64,000 nucleotides of DNA, from assembly GCA_964588165.1 (NCBI GenBank), contig CAZPMS010000002.1, positions 15,951 to 79,950 on the forward strand. The letters are read 5' to 3'. Positions 55,938 to 64,000 of this stretch are shown piece by piece. Origin of the DNA: an uncultured Gammaproteobacteria bacterium. GTDB lineage: Bacteria > Patescibacteriota > Patescibacteriia > UBA1558 > UBA10009. A program made the translations under genes and the position numbers. Position 1 is the stretch's first letter; each line of letters starts with the position of its first letter. A model generated the notes under the pieces. It saw nothing but the letters and a program-made list of their open reading frames with translations, ran no database searches and was not told the origin of the DNA.

Positions 55938-56327
55938 ATGAAAAAAATATTATTACTATTTATTATCACAGTCGTATTATCAGGTTGTGAGGTTGAAAGA
56001 CCCAAGCCGGAAATTAATCCTGCTAAATTAAATTGGGGCATGGAATCCAATATAGCTTTTAGTAAATCTCAAGAGATATATAATGAAGCTGTAAAACAAG
56101 GTTTAGATTTATCATCCGGGCCGTGCCTTTCCAATTCTCTACACGGTAACCAAGACTATCCGGAAACTATGTGGGTTTTAGATATTGCCCATAATCCCAG
56201 GCAGGATATTGATAACTTGCCAGAGAACCAATGTTCGGCTTTTAAAGAAGGCAGAGCAGTTAATTTTATTGAACTAGATGAGAATGGTAATGTCATTGCT
56301 ATTTTTTCGCCCTATTTTGATGAATAA
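55938..56327 (+). CDS. Hypothetical lipoprotein
   Basis: Lipobox LSGC. Confidence 0.45.
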   Translation: MKKILLLFIITVVLSGCEVERPKPEINPAKLNWGMESNIAFSKSQEIYNEAVKQGLDLSSGPCLSNSLHGNQDYPETMWVLDIAHNPRQDIDNLPENQCSAFKEGRAVNFIELDENGNVIAIFSPYFDE

Positions 56328-56389
56328 AAACTAATAATTAATGATTGATATATAATTTATTAATTTTCAATCATCATTTGTCAATTATC

Positions 56390-56701
56390 ATGATATTAAT
56401 CTATACAGTTTGTAAGAATAAAACAGAGGCAAAAAAAATTGCCAATATGTTGTTGAAGTTGAAATTAATTGCTTGCGCCAACTGGTGGCAGGTGGAATCA
56501 TGCTATAAGTGGAAAAATAAAATAATGAATGGCAATGAGGCAGTTTTGATTTTAAAAACCAGAAAAAATTATTATAAAAAAATAGAATCAGTAATAAAAA
56601 AAGTGCACAGTTATGATACTCCGTGCATTATTAAATTAAAACCGGATAAAGTAGAAGGTGATTACCAGAAGTGGCTGTTAAAAGAAACTAAAATTATATA
56701 A
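56390..56701 (+). CDS. cutA: Divalent-cation tolerance protein CutA. The start is taken at MILIYTV, internal to the ORF-track call 56345..56701.
   Basis: MILIYTVCKNKTEAKKIANMLLKLKLIACAN...ILKTRK...YDTPCII, compared with E. coli CutA. Confidence 0.6.
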   Translation: MILIYTVCKNKTEAKKIANMLLKLKLIACANWWQVESCYKWKNKIMNGNEAVLILKTRKNYYKKIESVIKKVHSYDTPCIIKLKPDKVEGDYQKWLLKETKII

Positions 56702-56707
56702 AAAGAA

Positions 56708-56734
56708 AAACCGACTTTCAAGAAGAAAGTCGGT
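56708..56734. terminator. Bidirectional terminator between cutA and the convergent GC-rich gene.
   Basis: aaccgactttcaagaagaaagtcggtt with T-runs on both strands. Confidence 0.6.
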
Positions 56735-56757
56735 TGGGAATATCGTGGTGTTCTGGC

Positions 56758-57000
56758 TCATGTAAAGAAGCCATGTTCGCCCTTGCCGTGTCCTTCACAG
56801 CTGCCATCACACCTTCCAATAATGGTGGTGCCCTGTAGGATGTCAGCGTGATAAACTATGTTGCCAGTGTTATACCAGACCGCAAACTTCATAGCGGCAT
56901 GGTTAACCCCGTCACAGCCTATGGCGATCTCCTCATGAATAGCTCTGTGGCCTTCATGCCTGACCGGAATGCCGGCGCTGTTGAAGATCCGGTAACCCAT
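56758..57000 (-). CDS. Small His/Gly/Cys-rich hypothetical protein with high GC (about 55%).
   Basis: RBS ggagg 7 nt upstream. 80 aa containing CDGSCEGHGKGEHG, a possible metal-binding segment. Confidence 0.5.
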   Translation of the reverse strand: MGYRIFNSAGIPVRHEGHRAIHEEIAIGCDGVNHAAMKFAVWYNTGNIVYHADILQGTTIIGRCDGSCEGHGKGEHGFFT

Positions 57001-57365
57001 GATCCTGCCTCCTCGTTTGGCTCACTCTGGAGCCGATTCACGAAACAAACCTATTGACTTCATCCTGTCTTGCTAGTACAACCTTTAGACCAGTTTTTTA
57101 CTTTTTTTACTTTAACTAGGCTAACTTGCTTCTAGCTTTAGGTTTGCTCCATAAATATGGAGACTGGCACATCTAAGTTAATTAAAGGGTAAATGGGTTG
57201 ACTTTTTGAAGTTTTTTTTAACTTTTTACTAATGAATTTAGTACAAATAGTTAAGCACAACTAAGGCTAACAATGAACAGGATTTAGTATAATAGCATAT
57301 ATTTAATATTTTGTCAATACAAAAAACAGCTTATTTTAGGCTGTTTTTAGATTATTTAATGATTT

Positions 57366-58652
57366 TTAGTTATATTTCAAGCCAGGATATAATGGATACT
57401 TATCAGTCAGATCTTTGACTGATTTTTTGATATCATCTTTTATGGAATTGTCATTAACATTTTTTAGGGTTTTGGCAATCAAGCTTCCTATCAATTTCAT
57501 GTCGTCTTCCTTAAAACCTCTGGAAGTTAAAGCAGGCGTGCCCAATCTAATACCGGAAGGATCAAATGGGCTCCTGGTATCAAACGGAACTGTATTTTTA
57601 TTGGCTGTTATTCCAACTGCATCTAAAGCCTTTTCACCGTCTTTACCACCTACGCCTAAATTGGTTAGGTTAATTATCATTAAGTGGTTATCAGTACCGC
57701 CGGTAACTAAATTCAAGCCTTCGTTCATTAAGCTGGCAGCCAAAGCTTTAGCATTTAATACAATTTGTTTGGCATAATCTTTAAATTCCGGTTTGTTGGC
57801 CTCCTCAAGAGCTACAGCAATAGCGGCGGTGGTATGGTTATGCGGACCGCCTTGCAAACCAGGTATAATGGCTCTATCTATTAAGGTAGGAATATTTTCT
57901 TTGGTTCGTTTTACCTTTTTAGTTGGGTTAGAAACTTTACCATGGGAAAGAATCATAGCGCCCCTGGGTCCGCGCAGGGTTTTATGAGTGGTGGTAGTTA
58001 TTACATCAGCAATTTTAGTTGGCGTTGGATGTTGCCCGCCAATTATCAAACCTGCAATATGGGCAATGTCGGCCATAAAAAAGGCACCTACTTCATCAGC
58101 AATAGCCTTAAACTTTTGCCAATCAATAATTCTGGGGTAAGCAGTATAGCCGGCAATAATCATTTTTGGTTTATGTTCTTTAGCTAGAGTTCTTATTTCA
58201 TCGAAATCCAAATAACCGTTTTTATCAGCTGTGTAATTTATGGCATTATACAAAGTTCCGGAAAAGTTTACTTTTAGGCCATGGGTCATATGTCCGCCAA
58301 AAGCCAGGTTAGCGCCCATTACAGTATCGCCAACATCAAGCAGGGCATAATAAACTGCCAGGTTGGCAGGGGAGCCGGAATAAGGCTGCACATTGGCATG
58401 GTCTACGCCGAAAAGTTTTTTAGCCCTATCAATAGCCAGCTGTTCAATATCATCAACAAATTCACAACCTCCATAGTAACGTCTGCCCGGGTAGCCTTCG
58501 GAATATTTATTAGTACCTACACTGCCTAAAGCCTCAAGAACTGCAGAGGAAACAAAATTTTCTGAAGGTATCATTTCCAGACCGTTTTGGCTGCGTTCCA
58601 ATTCTTTTTGCAATAATTCAGCTATTTTTTTGTCAGTTGTAGAAAGTTTCAT
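57366..58652 (-). CDS. glyA: Serine hydroxymethyltransferase
   Basis: PLP-Lys motif TTTTHKTLRGPRGAMIL. The rest is typical SHMT sequence. Confidence 0.9.
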   Translation of the reverse strand: MKLSTTDKKIAELLQKELERSQNGLEMIPSENFVSSAVLEALGSVGTNKYSEGYPGRRYYGGCEFVDDIEQLAIDRAKKLFGVDHANVQPYSGSPANLAVYYALLDVGDTVMGANLAFGGHMTHGLKVNFSGTLYNAINYTADKNGYLDFDEIRTLAKEHKPKMIIAGYTAYPRIIDWQKFKAIADEVGAFFMADIAHIAGLIIGGQHPTPTKIADVITTTTHKTLRGPRGAMILSHGKVSNPTKKVKRTKENIPTLIDRAIIPGLQGGPHNHTTAAIAVALEEANKPEFKDYAKQIVLNAKALAASLMNEGLNLVTGGTDNHLMIINLTNLGVGGKDGEKALDAVGITANKNTVPFDTRSPFDPSGIRLGTPALTSRGFKEDDMKLIGSLIAKTLKNVNDNSIKDDIKKSVKDLTDKYPLYPGLKYN

Positions 58653-58964
58653 AGAATTATATTTTACCCTTTACTATTTTTAAAATCAAGTTTAAAATTT
58701 TTTGTAAAAAAAGAGAGCCAACACTGTGTAGTGTCGGCCCAATACTTCAGTACTTCCGTCGTTGGATCCCCGTATCAGCCATTATTGTTCAACATTTGGG
58801 CTTAATACGGGATCGCACCGGCGATCGATCAGCACGTCAAAAGTGTACTCGTTTTCAAGATGGAGCGTATCAGCACAAGCATAGTCTTCCCTCCATTTGG
58901 GACGAATTTGGCGTTTAAGGAGAAGCTTTTTCTCCTATTTAATTAGCATTATACATTATTTTAA
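58653..58964 (-). promoter_or_regulatory. glyA leader: a TTGACA-16-TATAAT promoter (58937-58964), a structured leader of about 190 nt, and an intrinsic terminator (58703-58738) upstream of the start codon. Candidate riboswitch or attenuator of unknown class.
   Basis: Promoter and terminator were read directly from the sequence. The stem gccgacact/agtgttggc plus a U-run lies about 50 nt upstream of the ATG. The leader has internal direct repeats ('ctgatacg' twice, 'cccaaatg' twice) that could pair alternatively. Confidence 0.45.
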
Positions 58965-59065
58965 AATATTGTCAAGAGCTAGAAAAGGGGCAAGTTTATA
59001 TTAAAATTTAGCTCATCAAACTAAAAGTAGAAGCTAAAATTTTTGTTAAATGGTTGGGTAATAAT

Positions 59066-59476
59066 TTATTTCACCTTATCTAAAACCGGTTTTATGTTTG
59101 GAGCCAAATCATCCGGCAGTTCATCAACCGGAAACCAGTTCCATTCTTCAATATCTTCTGCCGGTTTTATCTCACCGATTCGTTTAGCTAAATAGTGGAC
59201 TAAGATTATGTAACCGCCATCTTCTTTTTTATGCAAAAATATATCAATTAGTTTGGCAATTTCAATATCTATGCCCATTTCTTCTTTACATTCCCGTTTG
59301 GCAGTATCTTCTAAAGAAGCGTCAAAATCTTCCATTTCTCCGCCACAAAATTGCCATTTAGGATTAGGCTTTTTATCTGTTTTTTTGTGTTTGTTTAATA
59401 AAGTTTGGAGTTTCCCATCACGCTCTTCTATAATAACCGGTCCGGCTGCAATCAGGGAATTTGGTGGTAAGTTCAT
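59066..59476 (-). CDS. NUDIX hydrolase
   Basis: GGEMEDFDASLEDTAKRECKEEMGI Nudix box. Confidence 0.7.
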   Translation of the reverse strand: MNLPPNSLIAAGPVIIEERDGKLQTLLNKHKKTDKKPNPKWQFCGGEMEDFDASLEDTAKRECKEEMGIDIEIAKLIDIFLHKKEDGGYIILVHYLAKRIGEIKPAEDIEEWNWFPVDELPDDLAPNIKPVLDKVK

Positions 59477-59487
59477 ATATTTATTAG

Positions 59488-61119
59488 TTAATCATTTTTA
59501 TTTAATGATTTTACCATATAAGTTTCTTGTAATCTATATCCCAATTTGCGGTAGTAGCCTCTTACGCCAATGCCAGAAATCACAGCTACTTTATTTAATC
59601 CATGTTTTAAAGTTAAGTCTTCAGCAATTTTCATCATGCGTTTGCCAAAACCGGTGTGCTGGACTTTAGCCTGTTTGGATTTAACCGGCACCAACTGCCC
59701 GTAAGTATGGACTTCTCTAACTAAAGAGGCATTTTTTAATTCCGGTAGAGCCGCGGCTAAACCCGCGTCTAAACGGTCGGGGTCGTTTATTCTGAATCTT
59801 AAAAAGGAATAAAGTTTATCACGTTTGGGTGATTCATAAGAAATAAAATATTCTATACCATCAGAAGCTTGATATTTTTCAGTAAACAGTTTGGCTTTTT
59901 TTATATCGTCTAAACTTTCTCTGGTTTCCCGGCAGCGCATGCACTTACATTTTAACTTTTGTTTTTTAAGTTCAGCTTGCAAGTACTGTCGTAAGTTTGT
60001 AATCTTATTTCCAGCTTCTATACTTTCTTTAGGGATATCACGAATTAGTCTGTTTATTCTAACGTAATATGGTACAGCCTGTTTTATTTTTAAAAGTAAG
60101 TTTAAAAGTTGTTTTTCTGAATAAGGTTTATATTTATCCGATTTATACCATTTGTAGAGTGGGGCGAATTTATTAACCACCGTAGGATAGATTTTTATTT
60201 GGTCGGGCTGGAATCGTTGATCAGAAAAAACAGTTTTAAACATTTTTAAATCCTTGGCTGGGGTGGAGCCTGGCAGGTCGGGCATTAAATGGTAGTCAAC
60301 CTTAAAACCGGCTGACTTTAATAGTTTAGTAGCTTTAGCTGTCTGTTCAACGGTATGTCCGCGTTTAACATATTTTAAAATTTTATCATCCAAATGTTGG
60401 ACGCCCATCTGAATTCTGGTACATCCCAGTTCCCTTAGCCTTTTTACTTCAGCTTCATTAATTAAATCTGGCCGGGTTTCTAAAGTCATGCCGATAATTC
60501 TATACTTGGCAGTCTCATTTATTTTTTGAGCCTCTTTTAAAGTTTTAGAAGTTTTGCCTGTCCTGAGCGAAGTCGAAGGGCGATTACATACATCAAAACA
60601 CTTTTTTATAAACCACTCTTGGTATTTATTGTCATAAGCAGACCAAGAACCGCCCAGTACCAACAGCTCAATTTTATCAACTGTATGGCCGTTAGCCTCC
60701 AAGGCTTTAATTCTCATTTTAGTTTGTTTGGCGGGGTCAAAATCCAAGGCTTTGGCCCGCTGGGCGGCCGGTTCATTAGAAAGGTAGCTTTTAGGCATGC
60801 CTGGCTCTAAAGGGCAGTAAACACAGTTGCCGGGGCAGAAAAACGGCTTAGTAAGCACTGTAACGGGAGTTACTCCAGAAAGAGTCCGGGTAATCCTTTT
60901 AATTAAGTACTGCCTTAACTTTTCTACTGTTTTATGGTTAAATTGGTTTAAGGTCTTTTTATCAAGTTTTTTAAAAGCTTCGATTAATTCAGAGTTAGGT
61001 GCTGGCGGAAGCTTATGCTGACCTGATAGCTTTTTCTTTAAGTACAAAAACTCGGCATAATTTTTGGGATCTGCCTTTAAAAGAGATAAAACGATTTCTT
61101 TATTGATAATTTTAGTCAT
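59488..61119 (-). CDS. elp3: Elp3-family radical SAM / GNAT protein (tRNA U34 carboxymethyl-uridine synthase homolog).
   Basis: FFCPGNCVYCP radical-SAM Cys motif. C-terminal GNAT GFGKRMMKIAEDL...VISGIGVRGYYRKLGY. An in-frame family C repeat encodes PSTSLRTG. Confidence 0.8.
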   Translation of the reverse strand: MTKIINKEIVLSLLKADPKNYAEFLYLKKKLSGQHKLPPAPNSELIEAFKKLDKKTLNQFNHKTVEKLRQYLIKRITRTLSGVTPVTVLTKPFFCPGNCVYCPLEPGMPKSYLSNEPAAQRAKALDFDPAKQTKMRIKALEANGHTVDKIELLVLGGSWSAYDNKYQEWFIKKCFDVCNRPSTSLRTGKTSKTLKEAQKINETAKYRIIGMTLETRPDLINEAEVKRLRELGCTRIQMGVQHLDDKILKYVKRGHTVEQTAKATKLLKSAGFKVDYHLMPDLPGSTPAKDLKMFKTVFSDQRFQPDQIKIYPTVVNKFAPLYKWYKSDKYKPYSEKQLLNLLLKIKQAVPYYVRINRLIRDIPKESIEAGNKITNLRQYLQAELKKQKLKCKCMRCRETRESLDDIKKAKLFTEKYQASDGIEYFISYESPKRDKLYSFLRFRINDPDRLDAGLAAALPELKNASLVREVHTYGQLVPVKSKQAKVQHTGFGKRMMKIAEDLTLKHGLNKVAVISGIGVRGYYRKLGYRLQETYMVKSLNKND

Positions 61120-61828
61120 GAATAAATCAGAAAAAGTATTAAATCAGGTTAAAGATGGTTACAATAAAATTGCTGACCATTTTTCCAGCACCCGCCACGC
61201 TCCTTGGCAGGAATTTGAGCTGTTTGCTGATTATATCAAACCTGGCCAAAAAATTCTAGATCTGGCTTGTGGCAACGGTCGGTTGCATAAATATTTTAAG
61301 GATAAGAAACTGGAAGTTGATTATTCTGGTTTGGATAATTCAGAAAATTTAATTGATATCTGCCGTCAAAAATATCCAGAAATATCAGATAAGTTTAAAG
61401 TTGGTGGAATGACTAAGCTGCCGTATCAGGAAAATCAATTTGACGCAGTTATCTGCATTGGCAGTTTTCATCATTTACCAAGCAAGAAATTAAGACTCAA
61501 AACTTTATCAGAAGCTCGTAGGGTTTTAAAACCGGGCGGATATTTGCTTATGACCAATTGGCATTGGCAGCATTGGCCTTTTTGGAAACATTTTTTTAAT
61601 AATTTTTGGCAAAAAAACTCACCATTGGATTTCTTTTTTCCTTGGAAATCTGCTGATGGCCAAAAACAGTGCTTAAGATATTATCATGTATTTACTAAAA
61701 AGGAGTTAAAAAGTTTGCATAAAAAATCAGGTTTAAAAATAATTAAGCTTTTTCCTGATTTGGATACTCATAACAAAAAAGTTTACAAAAGAGGGGTTAA
61801 CATTGTGAGTATTGCTAAAAAAATATAA
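61118..61828 (+). CDS. Trm9-like class I SAM-dependent methyltransferase. The start is probably MNKSEK, internal to the ORF-track call 61064..61828.
   Basis: YNKIADHFSSTRHAPWQEFE (compare Trm9 Y..IA.HFS.TR...W). ILDLACGNGR SAM motif I. DAVICIGSFHHL. Confidence 0.65.
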   Translation: MNKSEKVLNQVKDGYNKIADHFSSTRHAPWQEFELFADYIKPGQKILDLACGNGRLHKYFKDKKLEVDYSGLDNSENLIDICRQKYPEISDKFKVGGMTKLPYQENQFDAVICIGSFHHLPSKKLRLKTLSEARRVLKPGGYLLMTNWHWQHWPFWKHFFNNFWQKNSPLDFFFPWKSADGQKQCLRYYHVFTKKELKSLHKKSGLKIIKLFPDLDTHNKKVYKRGVNIVSIAKKI

Positions 61829-61967
61829 TAAAAAAAGGCGCAAAAAAATTTGCGCCCTTAGTTTGACTGGTAAATATATTTCGGATATAGTTAAACCCGC
61901 AGAACGGAAAATGGAGCCTTGTATCTGGTGTGCAAATTAGATATTTTGGTTTCCAGCCGTTCTGCTT

Positions 61968-63341
61968 TTAGTTAAAGCAGACAGAGTTAAAGTAAGCGTC
62001 TCGTGCGCCGTGTACTACCGGCGATTTGCGAGCATGGAATTCCGCTCCTGCGAGTTTGCTTCCGAAAATATAGATACCGTATTTTGAAAATAGTTTGATG
62101 GTTTTTGTTCCGACCTCTGCATCAGCCACCAGCCGTTCTTCTACCACTTTGTAGACTTGCTGGACTATGCTGCCGGAGCTAATGGTTTCCATGGCATCTT
62201 GCCATTTTTTTTTGCCCATGGTTAAGCCAAGATACATCCGGCGGGCAGAAGAGCTGGCCGGATCTTTTATAACCCACTGTTTGCGTTCAAGTTCAGATAA
62301 GGCAATGTTGCCCTGACCATTTGGGAAATTAACAAAGCCGCTTTCAACCAAGCCAATGGGCACAAAGACATCATCCAATACCTGATAATCGTCTTGCAGA
62401 TACTCCCGGAAGATGGGCGAAAACTGTTCAAGACGGTAGAGGTACATCCAGACCTTGTTACCCAAAAACCTTCTAAAAAGGGGAGAAAGCACGCAGCGGT
62501 TTTGTGGGTAATTTTCTTTGAGAATGTTAAAGGCAGGGTCTCCTTCCTTGATCCTGCTTCTTAAAACTGCGGAAGGTTCACAGTTAAGCTGATCTGGCCC
62601 GATCATTTCGGCATTAAAACCACTGCCGAGCAAACACTTGTAAAGTGTTTGGAAGTTGTGCCAATCACCGTCAGTTGGGCGGGTAACCACTTTAAATGGC
62701 GTGGATTCACCGGGTAGGTTTTTGTCAGAGCACCATTCGTCAACACATTGTTTGATGATACTGGCAAAACTGCTGCCAATATCTGGACATAGTCCAAAGT
62801 CGTCGCCACAAGCGGCCTGGAAATTCATTAAGTCGCCAGCTCCAGCCGGCCGAGTGGAATTGATATCCATAACTTTAAAGCAGTCGCCGACCAATACAGC
62901 ATCTAGCCGGATAAAGGGATGAATAGTTTGGTAGCCGGGATCAGTTAATCCTTTGTCCCACTCTTCCTCAGTACACAGGCTTTTTATCAGCTCTGTATCT
63001 GGTGGATTAAGTTGCCCGGTTTTAGCCAGCCTAAATATTTCCAGTTGGGCGGCTAAAAGTTTGGGCCAGGCCCTGGCAACGGCCTTTAGCTGGCTCAGCT
63101 GTTCAGGGGTAAACTTTACCGGTTCAAGTACTGGTTGAATAACTTCTTCAACCATCTGGCCGGCGCTGGTTTCAATGATCCTAGTTGGTGAAGGATAGGG
63201 ATATCCTTTTCCGGTTAAGGCTTTAAACCTTTCCGGATGGTAGCGATACACCAAGTTGTTTTGCAGCAACTGCTGCAGCATTTCGTTAACCTGACTGTTC
63301 TTCATGGCCGATCTCCTTTTGTTTACTTGGCCTTTTTTCAA
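61968..63341 (-). CDS. Glutathionylspermidine-synthetase-like ATP-grasp protein (YgiC/YjfC family) with elevated GC (about 50%).
   Basis: IHPFIRLDAVLVGDCFKVMDINSTRPAG (compare R.D....G.K.lE.NaDTP). 457 aa. Confidence 0.55.
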   Translation of the reverse strand: MKKGQVNKRRSAMKNSQVNEMLQQLLQNNLVYRYHPERFKALTGKGYPYPSPTRIIETSAGQMVEEVIQPVLEPVKFTPEQLSQLKAVARAWPKLLAAQLEIFRLAKTGQLNPPDTELIKSLCTEEEWDKGLTDPGYQTIHPFIRLDAVLVGDCFKVMDINSTRPAGAGDLMNFQAACGDDFGLCPDIGSSFASIIKQCVDEWCSDKNLPGESTPFKVVTRPTDGDWHNFQTLYKCLLGSGFNAEMIGPDQLNCEPSAVLRSRIKEGDPAFNILKENYPQNRCVLSPLFRRFLGNKVWMYLYRLEQFSPIFREYLQDDYQVLDDVFVPIGLVESGFVNFPNGQGNIALSELERKQWVIKDPASSSARRMYLGLTMGKKKWQDAMETISSGSIVQQVYKVVEERLVADAEVGTKTIKLFSKYGIYIFGSKLAGAEFHARKSPVVHGARDAYFNSVCFN

Positions 63342-63376
63342 AATACTTGTTGTAGTTGTAAATGAGCGAACTTTAT

Positions 63377-64000
63377 TTAAACGCCAAGACTGGCGATTTT
63401 GCTTCCGGTTCTTACCACTCCTTTTTCTAAGATAGTCATAATTATTCCGTTAGCAGGCGCCGTAATTTCTATTGGTTTAAAATCAGGCAATTGATAAATT
63501 ATACCTATGGGCTGGCCTGTTTTAATTTGATCCATAACTTTTACTTTGGCTTCAAATAATCCGGCAAAATTAGAATAGATAAATTTGGCTGAATATTGCT
63601 GGCAGATAATTTTATCACTAACTAAATCAGGATAGCTTTTAAAAATATTAATTATACCGTTGGTTACATCATCAACAGCTTTATTTTTAATCAGCTGGTA
63701 GTTAGGCATTTCAATAAAAACAGAGGGAATATTTATTTTATTTAATTGGCCATTTAAAGAACCTTTAAACTTAGAATCATTTTTTGAACCTTCATCGGTT
63801 TTCCAGACAATTTCCGGATTAAGCCCATTTAGTAATTTGTTAGTTTTTTTCTGAACAGGATCTTGGCTGGCGGAATAGCCTGCAATAAAAGGCGATTGCC
63901 TATTGGAAAATGTGTGCAGATCAATAACAAAATCTTGTTTTTGGCAAATTTCAAAAATATTATTAGCAAGTTTGGAGGTGAAGTCACCTTGTTGGCTACC
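63377..64000 (-). CDS. AstE/AspA (succinylglutamate desuccinylase / aspartoacylase) family protein, partial. The N-terminus lies beyond the window end, and the ORF-track ATG at 63709 is internal.
   Basis: The frame stays open upstream of 63709: ...DFVIDLHTFSNRQSPFIAGYS...IPSVFIEMPNYQL... Confidence 0.45.
   Translation of the reverse strand, partial: GSQQGDFTSKLANNIFEICQKQDFVIDLHTFSNRQSPFIAGYSASQDPVQKKTNKLLNGLNPEIVWKTDEGSKNDSKFKGSLNGQLNKINIPSVFIEMPNYQLIKNKAVDDVTNGIINIFKSYPDLVSDKIICQQYSAKFIYSNFAGLFEAKVKVMDQIKTGQPIGIIYQLPDFKPIEITAPANGIIMTILEKGVVRTGSKIASLGV

Overview
This window is a low-GC (about 35%), gene-dense bacterial segment. Its gene content suggests a reduced-genome Patescibacteria/CPR-like organism: Elp3, a Trm9-like methyltransferase, QueH, translin, a TrmB regulator, many lysine-rich protein tails, a PilB ATPase and many surface proteins. 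That lineage assignment is inference only.

Housekeeping genes I can identify:
- RNA processing and translation: rnc, rpmF, tRNA-Glu, tsaD, tsaE, valS, an rpsA-like S1 gene, queH and queA.
- DNA metabolism and quality control: gyrA, ruvB, ftsH, ychF, a uvrD/pcrA helicase and a DEDD exonuclease.
- Metabolism: glyA, a riboflavin kinase domain, a pyruvate kinase-like protein, an adenosine deaminase-family protein and a PNP/UDP-family nucleoside phosphorylase.
- Stress, envelope and other: an Hsp20, an M23 peptidase, fxsA, cutA and a translin-like protein.

The main findings are:
- At least six families of short GC-rich, partly palindromic repeats are scattered through the AT-rich sequence. Some sit in 5' regions next to start codons and are flanked by direct repeats (MITE-like). 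Others are inserted in frame inside conserved genes (tsaD, ychF, queA, uvrD, the Elp3 homolog), which is reminiscent of Rickettsia palindromic elements.
- The valyl-tRNA synthetase carries a complete histidine-phosphatase (PGAM-like RHG) domain inside its catalytic core.
- Several high-GC (45-57%) single genes sit between host-like promoters and terminators. Three of them form an 18.2-20.8 kb block with a nucleoside phosphorylase.
- A five-gene operon encodes surface proteins next to a membrane-fused spermidine-synthase-like protein. The operon includes a dockerin-repeat protein and an 843-aa tandem-domain adhesin.
- Other unusual gene arrangements: a NusB-NUDIX fusion, a divergent Elp3/Trm9-like pair, and a GSP-synthetase-like ATP-grasp next to an AstE/AspA-family gene.
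- Unclassified RNA candidates: a GC-rich noncoding unit with its own promoter at about 2.9-3.1 kb, and a promoter-to-terminator leader upstream of glyA.

I found no CRISPR arrays, transposases or integrases.
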